From contig OX597818.1 of the NCBI GenBank assembly GCA_951406725.2, positions 125,550,001-125,614,000 of the forward strand: a DNA stretch of 64,000 nucleotides, in the 5' to 3' direction. Source of the stretch: Octopus vulgaris. Its lineage: Eukaryota. Positions within the stretch are counted from its first letter, which is position 1; each line of letters starts with the position of its first letter. Made by a program: the position numbers and the translations under genes. Below are positions 51,826 to 64,000 of the stretch, piece by piece. The notes under the pieces are model-generated. The model saw nothing but the letters and a program-made list of their open reading frames with translations. It did not search any database and had not been told where the DNA came from.

Positions 51826-52739
51826 TTTATCTATATATACACTCACACACACACATTATATAGGTATGTATAAGTTCACTTCCGTGTACAGTGGTTCAGT
51901 ATTTCCTCTGACATATAACCATATTATCACTGTTTCTAATATTATTGCAATTCTGGGTGTTTATGTGACCTCCACAAGGAAGTGTAGTGCAGATAAAAAC
52001 ACTACTTTCAATGAACAGCGTAAGTCACGTAGATGTAATCGGATTCCACTTAGAGGCATCATTCAAGCCTATAAACAGTGTGTGTATGTATGTGTGATTA
52101 TATAAGCACCTTTCCGGCGCTCAAAATGACTTTCTTCGTTTAGTGACATTAATAAACCCCATAAAGTATCTTTTATAAAAGAAATCCTAACAGTCAATTT
52201 ACTACATCCTTATGAAGTCCTTCGTGGCAGATCCAGTAATGAGGTATTTAGGTTTAACCTCAACTAAATGACTTTTTAGGTGCTGTTTAAGAGGAGCTCA
52301 ACAAACCGTAAAGATAATTTATGAGTCCCGAGTTCTTCCTCCGTTCCCTGAAACCTGCAAAATGTTGGCCAGTTAAAAAGAACGACCCTAAGCAGTCGCT
52401 AGACCTACAAAAAATTGTAACGAAATAAAATCTCACTTGAATTATAACCCTACCATCTTAATAACGGCAGGACATTGTTGATTATCTAGTTTTAGGTAGT
52501 GTATGCTCGAAAATGTACAGGTTAGTCACGTCTGGGATGACTTAGAGCATAGATTTGCTCAATAATGGCTTACCTGAAGCTAATGAACATCATCTTCATC
52601 GGCAGAAACAACAGCAACAATATCAACAAAAACGCTCCAAAAAGTCATGAATGTTGTTCTTCCTCCTCTAAGTTATACTTCTGCCGGCCCCGAGAATGCA
52701 ACATTCGAATCCAAAGCTACAGTTTTCGGTGAAGCTAAT

Positions 52740-53885
52740 AACTGTTTGTAAATTAGATGAGAGACGGTTTTTCGATTAAATCGACTCCGGTACTTAATTG
52801 GTAACTTGAAAGTATGAAAGTGAAAGTTGATCTCTCCAATATTTGCACTCAGAACGTAATAGAAACGTAACTAAATAACGCTTTCTACTATACGCACAAG
52901 AGAAGTGGGAGAGGGTTTGGGTGGGGGAAGTCGATTACATCGAGCAAAGTACTCAAATGGAACTTATTTCGTCGACCTTGAAAGGATGAAAGACTAAGTC
53001 AGCCTTGGCGGAATTTGAATTTAGTGCATAAAGTCGGGCGAAATATCGCTAAGCATTTTGGTTCCGCGCCTTAACGATTCTCCCAGCTCATCGTCTTGAA
53101 ACGAAGCTAAAATTATGATTTAAGATTTTGTCACAAGGCCAGCAATGGCGAGGAAGTGGGCTAGTCGATTATATCTACGCCAGTGTTCAACGGGTACACA
53201 TTTCGTCGGCCCCGAGGGGATGAAAGACAAAGTCGACCTTGGCGGGATTTGAACACAGAACTGAAAGACATTTTGTCCGGCGCGGTACCGATTTTGCCAG
53301 CTCGCCGCCTTAAAGAACACCGCCTTAATAATCCTTTCTTCTATGAGCACAAGGGCTGAAATTTTGGGGTAGAGGTTCAGTCGATTACATCGTCCTTAGT
53401 ACTCAACTGGTACATAATTTATCGACCCCGAAAGGATGAAAGGCGAAGTCGAACTCGGCGGAATTTGAACTAAGAGCGTAAAGACGGACGAATAGCCGCT
53501 AAGTAATTTTTCCTCCGTGCTAACGATTCTGCCAGTTCACCACCTTACACTATCTAAATAATGACATTTTTATTTTACTAAATTCTTCATAATTTTCAAA
53601 ATTTATTGAACCAAAGGCAGTGTATTTCAACAGAAATATGAGATAAAAAATGTAGGTTTAGAATACTTTTAATCAATTTTGAATGAAATTAAAATAACTC
53701 TTTCAACATTAGGCCTCAAGGCCTGAAATTTGGGAGAGGGTAATAGTCGATTACATCGATCCCAGTACTCAAATGGTACTTATTTTATCGACTCCGAAAG
53801 GATGAAAGGCAAATTCGATCTCGGCGGAGTTTGAACTCAGAACGTAAAGACGGGCGAAAAGCTGCTAAGCATTTTCTCTGGACAA
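52740..53885 (-). repeat. Cluster of about five same-orientation family A SINE copies
   Basis: Repeated GTCGATTACATCG..GAAAGGATGAAAG..GGCGGAATTTGAAC units. Confidence 0.8.
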
Positions 53886-54759
53886 CGAAGCTAAAATAAT
53901 GCAAATCATTTTATCCCGTGCTCCCACAGTTCTACCGATCTACAGAGCTTGGGATAGCTTATGATGGTGATGGTGGTTGTAGTGAAACTCCGTCGTTCGA
54001 CGACGAGGTTTCAGTTGCTCCATCAACTGAATTACCAGCTCTTTGAATACATGCGTAAGCAGCTGAGTATTCCGCAGACCTGTGTACACTTAATGTAATT
54101 CTCATTCAGAATTAGCCAGCATAACACGTGTGACAAGGTCAATCCACCTAATGGGCTTCTATACAGATTTTTGCCTAACCCATTTCATTTGTAGAGAGAA
54201 TACTAAAAAGATATTTCTCCAATGGATTCGAGCCAGAGACTTCGTGGTTGTAAAATGAAACTTTTTAACAATTCGGCCATGGTGAAGCTAATAACAAGCG
54301 GGAAAAAACCCCAGACATACATACACGAAAGGAATACATGCATTGGTGCCAGCTCATTTGCTTATATTCCTTATTAATTTTTGGCCTTGTGCCAATGTAA
54401 GAATCTGGAATTATTAGCACCATCGCGTCACCTTAGATTAATTTTTTTTTCTTTTCACTCATGCCACATTCCTGAAATAAGGCAAAATAGCAGCCCTTCA
54501 TCTTTTCTCACACACAGACACTGCTTTCCACCGTCTTGCTACTTTTATAATTATAAGCATTATAACGCTACTAACGATGTAGATTTTCAATTTGACCGTT
54601 CGTGCTACATTCCTACCTTGAATTCCCATCAGGCACTTTATGCTTTTCTCGTCTTCGTATTTATCTTGACCTCATCCAGCATTCAATTTGGCACTGGTAT
54701 GTCGTAAGTTTATTGAGTGAAGCGTGTATATATACATATTCATACATACATACATACAT

Positions 54760-54828
<69 letters not shown>

Positions 54829-55017
54829 GAGAGAGATAGATAGATAAATAGATAGATATGTAAATACATATATATATATATAAATATATATATATATATT
54901 TATATATACATATATATATATATATGTAGATATATATTTATATACATATATATATATATGTAGATATATATTTATATACATCTATATATATTCACATATA
55001 TATACATATATATAATG

Positions 55018-55048
<31 letters not shown>

Positions 55049-55302
55049 GCATATGTATATATAAATATAAATGCGTGTAGTTATATATGTGAGCGTGTGT
55101 ATACATATGTATTTATGTTTATATATATCTAGATTTATGTGTACGTACATAGATACACACACACATATATATATATATATACATGCGTATGTTGATATAT
55201 ATATGTATTCATATATATATATGTAAATATATATATAAATGTATATATATATATGTATATATATATATATGTATGTATGTATGCATATATATGTGTGTGT
55301 GT

Positions 55303-55620
55303 TGTAGTGAAAATAGTACCCACTTTTCCACTATAGCCAGCCACAATAAAGTCAGACAGTCAGTAGTTGTAGGAAGTCAGGAGTAGTAGAGTCGCTGTAC
55401 AAGTTCTCAGCTGGAGTCAGTGTCAGTTCCGTGATATATACGAGTTCGAGTTACCGTCAAGGTAGACATTACAAAGTCGTTGTCTTGCGGAGCCATCAGC
55501 GATAGTAGGATTGACGAGTCAATGATAATAAGACACAAAACACTGCCACAACATAATAGGGGTGACAAGAACATTACAGTGCCGACAACAACATACAAGT
55601 GAACGAGGATCCACATTACA
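55303..55620. mobile_element. Possible solo LTR
   Basis: 318-bp block bounded by TGTAGTG..CATTACA with an internal AATAAA, embedded in microsatellite. No TSD visible. Confidence 0.4.
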
Positions 55621-55874
55621 ATATATATATATATACACTCTTCATAATATGAGTCTGTGTTGTTTAATCTCGTGTCAGTTTTGGTCACACAGATTTCTGA
55701 TTAAAACCCTTGTTGACACGACCATCACTTCTTTCCATAGAATATCATCCAAAATATCCTCTCAGTTCTAAAGACAGCAGTGTGTGATTTGAGAGATATT
55801 CGTCTTCTGTTTCAAGCAAGTCCAGCGACTGCTGAGAGGTGACCAGTGGTGTTTTATCACTCTCTCTGCTCTCT

Positions 55875-55928
55875 ATTTCTTCTTCTTCTTCTTCTTCTTC
55901 TTCTTCTTCTTCTTCTTCTTCTTCTTCT

Positions 55929-55975
<47 letters not shown>

Positions 55976-56079
55976 TTCTTCTTCTTCTCCTCCTCCTCCT
56001 CCTCCCCTCCTCCCCTCCCCTCCCCTCTCACCCTCCCCTCCTTTCCCTTCCTCCTCCTCCTCCCCTCCTACCTTCTTCT

Positions 56080-56126
<47 letters not shown>

Positions 56127-56147
56127 TTCTTCTTCTACTTCTACTTC

Positions 56148-56179
<32 letters not shown>

Positions 56180-56183
56180 CCTC

Positions 56184-56219
<36 letters not shown>

Positions 56220-56221
56220 TC

Positions 56222-56253
<32 letters not shown>

Positions 56254-56267
56254 CTTCTTCTTCTATC

Positions 56268-56299
<32 letters not shown>

Positions 56300-56386
56300 C
56301 TTCTTCTTCTTCTTCTTCTTCTTCTTCTTCTTCTTCTTCTTCTTCTTCTTCTTCTTCTTCTTCTTCTTCTTCTTCTTCTTCTTCTT
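55875..56386. repeat. (CTT)n tract, followed by an opposite-polarity (AGT)n(GAA)n tract at 56715-57016
   Basis: Direct reading. Confidence 0.95.
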
Positions 56387-56714
56387 TACACTCTCTCTTT
56401 GTCACACACTCATACCCCCCCCCACACAAACGTTATTTGTGTTACACTTCATTTCAACTACTTTCTACAGTCTATTATTTATGTCGGTAATATTTCGACA
56501 TAAACTACCCTATTCTTAGCTTGAAAATCATTATATCGCCTCAGATGCTCTGCAGATTTTGTTCTGTCAATGAGATTCCTGCTTAGTCATTTTACCGTTG
56601 TACGAAGAATGTTAAGAAGAGGAAGATGATTAAAAAGAAGACTAACAACAAGATGAAGATAACGAAGAAGGCGGTGGAGGAAGAGAAAAAGAAAAGGGTA
56701 AATAACATAAGAAC

Positions 56715-56822
<108 letters not shown>

Positions 56823-56959
56823 TAGTAATGAAGAAGAAGAAGAAGAAAAAGAAGAAGAAGAAGAAAAAGAAGAAAAGAAGAAGAAGAAAAAGAAGAAGAA
56901 GAAGAAGAAGAAGAAGAAGAAGAAGAAGAAGAAGAAGAAGAAGAAGAAGAAGAAGAAGG

Positions 56960-57017
<58 letters not shown>

Positions 57018-57251
57018 ATAGCTGCAAGCTATGTTGATATTATCCGAACTGTAAGGTATTTCGCAGATTCTGTTTAAACATTCTGATCAGTCACTAAAAC
57101 AGAGCCACAGCAATATATTAAGTACAAAGCAAAAGTTATGAGGACAATTTGTTTCACCATTTACTGTCAACGTTGAAAGGAAGCTGACAAAGTTCGCTTT
57201 CTTTCCCGCTGCTCTACTAAATCATGACGCCCCCATATATATATATACATA

Positions 57252-57285
<34 letters not shown>

Positions 57286-57310
57286 TACATATACATACAT
57301 ATATATACAT

Positions 57311-57383
<73 letters not shown>

Positions 57384-57543
57384 AACACGTGTACTTACAT
57401 ACGTACACATACTCAAACACACACACACGCACACATATACTTACATACATATATATACATACACACACACACATATATGTGGCACTCCGTCGGTTACGAC
57501 GACGAGGGTTCCAGTTGATCGGATCAACGGAACAGCCTGCTCG

Positions 57544-58270
57544 TATTCCGTCTGCCGTTACCTTCTGAGTTCAAATTCCGCCGAGGTCGACTTTGCCTTT
57601 CATCCTTTCGGGGTTGATGAATTAAGCACCAGTTACGCACTGGGGTCGATGTAATCAACTTAATCCTTTTGTCTGTTCTTGTTTGTCCCCTCTGTGTTTA
57701 GCCCCTTGTGGGTAGTAAGGAAATAGAAATAGGTATTTCGTCTGCCTTTACGTTCTGAGTTCAAATTTCGCCGAGGTCAATTTTGCCTTTCATCGTTTCG
57801 GGGTTGATAAATTAAGTACCTGTTACGTACTAGGGTCGATGTAATCGACTTAATCTCTTTGTCTGTCCTTGTTTGTCCCCTCTATGTTTAGCTCCTTGTG
57901 GGCAATAAAGAAATAAGAAAAGTTAGCACGCCAGGCTAACGTTCTGAGTTAAAATTCCGCCGAGGTCGACTTTGACTTTCATCCTTTCGGGGTCGATTAA
58001 ATAAGTACCAGTTACGCACTGGGGTCGATATAATCGACTTAATCCGTTTGTCTGTCCTTATTTGTCCTCTCTGTGTTTAGCCCCTTGTAGGTAGTAAAGA
58101 AATAGGTATTTCGTCTGCTGCTACGTTCTGAGTTCAAATTCCGCCGAGGTTGACATTGCCTTTCATCCTTTCGGGGTCGGTAAATTAAGTACCAGTTAAG
58201 TACCAGTTGCCGATCAAATCGACTGACCCCTCCTCCAAAATTTCGGGCCTTGTGCCTAGAGTAGAAAAGG
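57544..58270 (+). repeat. Tandem array of four family A SINE bodies
   Basis: Four TTCTGAGTT.AAATT.CGCCGAGGT units at ~180-190-bp spacing. Confidence 0.85.
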
Positions 58271-60105
58271 CTAATAAAAAACAGCAGCAGCAGGAACAGC
58301 AGCAGCACATCATCCCCTCCACCACTACCACCACCACCACCATCACCTCCCACCACCACCACCACCACCATCACCTCCACCACCACCACCATCACCATCA
58401 CCACCACCACCACCATCATCACCACCACCACCATCAGCATCACCACTATCATCACCATTACCATCACCACCACAACAACCATCACCATCACCACCACCAC
58501 CACCATCACCACCACTACCACCACCATCACCACCACCACCACCACCACCACCACCACCACCACCCACAGTCAGTGACAACAACATGATAGCGACAACATC
58601 GACATCGACGTCAACGATGACAACAACGACGACGGTGACGGCGCTGACCATGCCGACAACCACCACCACCACTACAACCACCACCACCACCACCACCACC
58701 ACCACCACCACCACCACCACCACCACTACCACCACCACCGCTACTTTCTTTGCATGTTGAATGTTTTATGCATTTTCTCCCCGTTCCGATATGCATCCGC
58801 GCATTCACATACACATACATGTTCATTGCTCCATCCACCGCCCACTCACTCTTTCTCTCTCTCACTCTCTCCAACTCCATTCGCACTGTCTTTGAACTTT
58901 CTATCCTTTTCGGGATCTCTTGGGTGCTTTTGTATCTCTCTCATATATATAAATGGTCTCAGAAGTGATTTTGTCTCCAAACCTCAGCTAATTATTTCAT
59001 AAATGAAATAAATAACTAGCTACCTTTCACAGAATTAGATTTTGCCAACTAAGCCTCTTCCCTACACTACCATCTCAAAAATCGATATTCCTACATCAAC
59101 CAATGGAAACGTTCTAGGTCTTTTTACTACAACTACTAATTCGATGCCATTCTTTCGTTAGACCAAATCTTGCTCTACCCAATTTTCTTTTATTATTCGT
59201 CTTATTCTTTTTATTTTTTACTTTTTAAACACATAAACTCACATAAACATCGATCAAACGCGCACGCGCATACACACACTTATGCATGCGTGCACGCACT
59301 CACACACACATAGACACACGCTCACATTTTCTCCTAATATTTAACATTCTAAAATATCAATAACTCACTTCTATCAACTTCACCCCAGTATCAGAACTGG
59401 GTTTGGACAAAATTTCAGACTGTTTTTTTTTATTTTTCTCTTTTTGAGTAAAATTCAAAAGCACTATTTAGCTATTTGAACATCTTTTATTCAACCGCAT
59501 ACGTCCTATTTTGTTCCACTATCCTTCGATATCTTTAAGGTTGTTTGACGATTCCATCCTCTCAGAACTTACATATACGAACGTCCATACACACATATAT
59601 ATGCACGTATTATCCTTATCTATAAATTTATATAATTCGTCACTATATTCACTGCGGTGTTTATTTTGACCATATCGTGCTTATGGGGTGTTTTGGCGGG
59701 CAATTTAACTGGCCTTGTGCATACGTGCATATATATGTGTGTATGGACATTCGTATATGTAAGTATAACGTTTGTTCTGCATATATATATTTGTATTTAT
59801 GTACTTTTGATATATTCAACCGATGACGGTAAAGCTTATTTAAAACAAAGCTAGAAATCCAGGATCTTGAATTATTCAGTAATATTTTTTGCTGGTCTAT
59901 TTTGTCCCTCTGTCTTATCTCATGGTACGATATGAACATTTAACGTGGTTTTTAAAGTCAGGGTTTTGACTGCTATTTCGGCATGGTGGTGTCTCTCAGA
60001 CACCCTTATTTTTAGTTGTAAAAAAATTATTACCTTTGAGCGGTATTTTTTCCCATGCTGGCCACTTGATGATATTGATATTTAAATATCGATATTATCC
60101 TTATT

Positions 60106-60214
<109 letters not shown>

Positions 60215-60221
60215 TACATAT

Positions 60222-60258
<37 letters not shown>

Positions 60259-60725
60259 AACATTAGTCACTGTGTCGATATGAATATGTGTATACACAAC
60301 CATATATTTATATACATATATACATACACACACAAACACACACGTCAATACAGTGACCAATCAGTTGCATAGCAACAGGCAAACAAATTTCCACTCACGC
60401 AACCTCTAATATGTAGCGGACATCCATTATTTCGTCACCAAATTTACTAATGATGTAAATATTAATTAATGCATTTATTCATAAATTAATAAATTTATTT
60501 TATATCACACACTTTGCGCACATTAGAGTCGTTGTTTACAGCTTTCCAAGGGGCTATTCACCAATTCCCTAAATTTATGTAAAAAGGGCGTGTCACCGGT
60601 TTCCGGTTTCTCACACATGATTCTATCTCTCACCACCAAATATATGCAATGATATGGGCATAGTTAATTAGAGAAATAGATAGATAGATAAATAGTTAGA
60701 TAGATAGACAGACAGATAGACAGAC

Positions 60726-60795
<70 letters not shown>

Positions 60796-60873
60796 ACAGG
60801 TAGATAGATAGAAAGATAGGAAATAGATAAATACGTATATACATACGTACGTTCGTATGCACACACACGCACG

Positions 60874-60945
<72 letters not shown>

Positions 60946-61085
60946 CGCGCACGCACACACGTATCGGTTGAATGAACGATGGATGATCAATTGCGCACAT
61001 ATTCTCATAAATACGTATATGCATATAAATATGGATATAATTATATGTATGCTTGTTATTACGTAGATATATTATACATAATCAG

Positions 61086-61129
<44 letters not shown>

Positions 61130-61162
61130 TTATATACATACATATATAAATACATACATGTA

Positions 61163-61221
<59 letters not shown>

Positions 61222-61660
61222 GCACAAATTAAGAAACAAATGTACATATAGATTAAATAACTAATGAATAATACAGCGTACGCATAAACATGTATTAGTC
61301 ATACACACATCCATAAATATATGTTTGGTGACATACATAAATCACAAGGATTTTAAATATACCTTATTGTTACCGATTAGCCTTGACTGAGTAGAGCTGA
61401 GTAGAACTGAGCTCGAAGCTATTCGAGCCATTCCATATCTACATTATATATACCTCCTTTCTTAAGAAAATTGGATGTAATTTTAGATATATTTAGCTGT
61501 TATTTTCAGCCAGTATATCGACCATATAAATATAGCTTCGTTTAATATGTACATAAGGAGAGGGTACAAGTTCCGAAAATATAGACTGCTGGGGTATGTA
61601 ATATTGAACAAGTACCATTAGTGGGTCTGGCTCAGTTTTCTGCGTGAAACAAGTACTTTA

Positions 61661-61826
61661 TCCTATATACTCGTATGTAAGTCCCACTCATGTATGAGAG
61701 GCACCTCGATTTAAAGTTTAGTTTTTTCCCTTATATCCAAATATTCCGCGTGTATAAGTTTCACTCCAGCCTTTCCAATTAAAATCAAGTATAAAATAGT
61801 GTGACTTTATACACGAGTAAATAGGA
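61661..61826. mobile_element. Old Tc2/pogo-like MITE
   Basis: TCCTATATACTCGTATGTAAGTC / GACTTTATACACGAGTAAATAGGA, flanked by TA. Confidence 0.55.
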
Positions 61827-61966
61827 TAAGTCGAATACAGTTTTACGTTGGAAACCTTAGATTGGTGAACAGCGTATGAAGATAGGGTACCTGGTTATGT
61901 TGCGCCCTAGAAGCTAATTCTTGTATAATTCGATTAGTAATCATCGTAACACAGGTGAGCCATATC

Positions 61967-62137
61967 CAGGGCCGTCTTAGCAGCATTGCAGCTCCCACCG
62001 GAAAAATCAATATTCTGGTCCCTATACTGTTTACTTATTGACTGCAAACCACAACTGACACAGAAAAGAATCAGGTTTTTAAAACCCTGAGGACCTCGGG
62101 CAAATGTCAAGTGTGCCGATGCTTTAAGACAACATTG
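61967..62137. mobile_element. Possible hAT-type MITE
   Basis: CAGGGCCGTCTTA at the left and a diverged TAAGACAACATTG at the right. Confidence 0.35.
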
Positions 62138-62440
62138 TGATGTTGGCCATTAATGTATATATGAGTCCTAAACTACATTGATACGTTAAACATTAGGTAA
62201 GTTACCGAATGCCTATCAAGGGAGAGAGAGAGGGAGGGAGAGAGAGGGAGAGACAGGGAGGGAGAGATATATAGAGAGAGAAGGAATGAGAGAGCAGAAG
62301 ATGGATTTGCAAGGGTTAAGTATTGAGATTGGTAACAATATCACTTGCAAAGTGATTCGTACAGAGTTCGAGTTATATCAATGGAAGAAATTGAAAAAAA
62401 TTTTCGTTGCAAATTGGTGTTAATAAAGATTATTCCCACT

Positions 62441-62970
62441 ATGTATGTATGTATGTATGTATGTATGTATGTATGTATGTATGTATGTATGTATGTATGT
62501 ATGTATGTATGTATGTATGTATGCATGCATGCATGCATGTTTGTATGCATGTATGTATGTATGCATGCATGCATGTATGTATGTATGCATGTATGTATGC
62601 ATGCATGCATGCATGTATGTATGCATGCATGCATGCATGCATGCATGCATGCATGTATGTATGTATGTATGTATGTATGTATGTATGCATGCATGCATGT
62701 TTGTATGCATGTATGTATGTATGCATGCATGCATGTATGTATGTATACATGCATGTATGTATGCATGCATGCATGCATGTATGTATGCATGCATGCATGT
62801 ATGTATGTATGTATGTATGTATGCATGCATGCATGCATGTATGTATGCATGTATGTATGTATGTGTGTATGCATGCATGTATGCATGTATGTATGTATGT
62901 ATGTATATATGCATGTATGTATGTATTCATATATGTATGTATGCCTGCATGTATGCATGCATGTATGTAT
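62441..62970. repeat. (TATG)n/(CATG)n compound microsatellite, representative of many such tracts
   Basis: Direct reading; similar tracts are at 1400-1710, 5530-5930, 23872-24065 and 46919-47260. Confidence 0.95.
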
Positions 62971-62996
62971 CTGCCAAATCTGTGTACATAAATACA

Positions 62997-63066
<70 letters not shown>

Positions 63067-63505
63067 CATACATATGTATAAAACAAAAAGAAATAGAGAA
63101 AGACAGAGAGGGTGAGAGGAAGAAAAGAGGGTGTGACACATGTATAGATAAATATTTATGTGATGTAAAAATAGTATGACATAGATACATACATATATAC
63201 ATGAATATATAGCGATATATCCCTAACACCATTTTCAAAATACACACATCTGTCCGGTTAAGTAATCAAAATTTCTGTACGCCAAAGCCACGGACTACAT
63301 ACATACATACATACATACATACATACATACATACATACATACATACATACATACATACATACGTGTACTTTACACATATGTAAGCATTTATACATATACA
63401 TATATATATATATGTATATTGTATATAGTTTATATATATATCTACACATATACATATATACGGATATATATATTTATATCTATATATCTATTTTAAAATA
63501 TATAT

Positions 63506-63550
<45 letters not shown>

Positions 63551-63856
63551 TATATATATATCAAATAAAACACACTGGTAGAGTGACACGTGTCAGTGCG
63601 TGTACTGCACGTATATACATACATATACATACATGACTATATTAGTCACAGATTATTTACACTAGTAAACCAACACTTAATTAGAAATACAATATACTGG
63701 CAAATATAAATGAAATCTAAACTACACACACACGCGCGCATACATACACGCACACACTCACGTAACTATATATTTATATTTACCTATATATATATACATA
63801 CATACATATATATATATAAATATATATATATACATACATGCATATATATATTATAT

Positions 63857-63929
<73 letters not shown>

Positions 63930-63952
63930 CATACATATATACATATATATAT

Positions 63953-64000
<48 letters not shown>

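Overview
This is eukaryotic, AT-rich, repeat-dense DNA with no recognisable host protein-coding exon, so it is probably intronic or intergenic. The SINE repertoire and microsatellite load resemble an octopus or other coleoid cephalopod genome (inference). Nearly all ORFs in the track are translations of microsatellites. Real content: many tRNA-derived SINEs of at least 4 families, fragments of R4/Dong-like, RTE-like and L1/Tx1-like LINEs, and Tc1/mariner, pogo and hAT-type fragments and MITEs. There is also a young 5'-truncated Penelope-like element (Naiad-type; 415 open codons ending in a GIY-YIG endonuclease) with inverted pseudo-LTRs. The most striking signal is RNA structure. Five complete type I hammerhead ribozymes (HHRs) and one lacking a stem I strand can be folded by eye; one forms the tail of a tRNA-headed SINE. 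Three diverged elements next to (TA)n also carry the hammerhead strands in reverse, non-circularly permuted order (III'-UH-I', then II'-GAAA-III, then I-CUGANGA-II) with covarying stems. All structures were folded manually; none has been tested computationally or experimentally.
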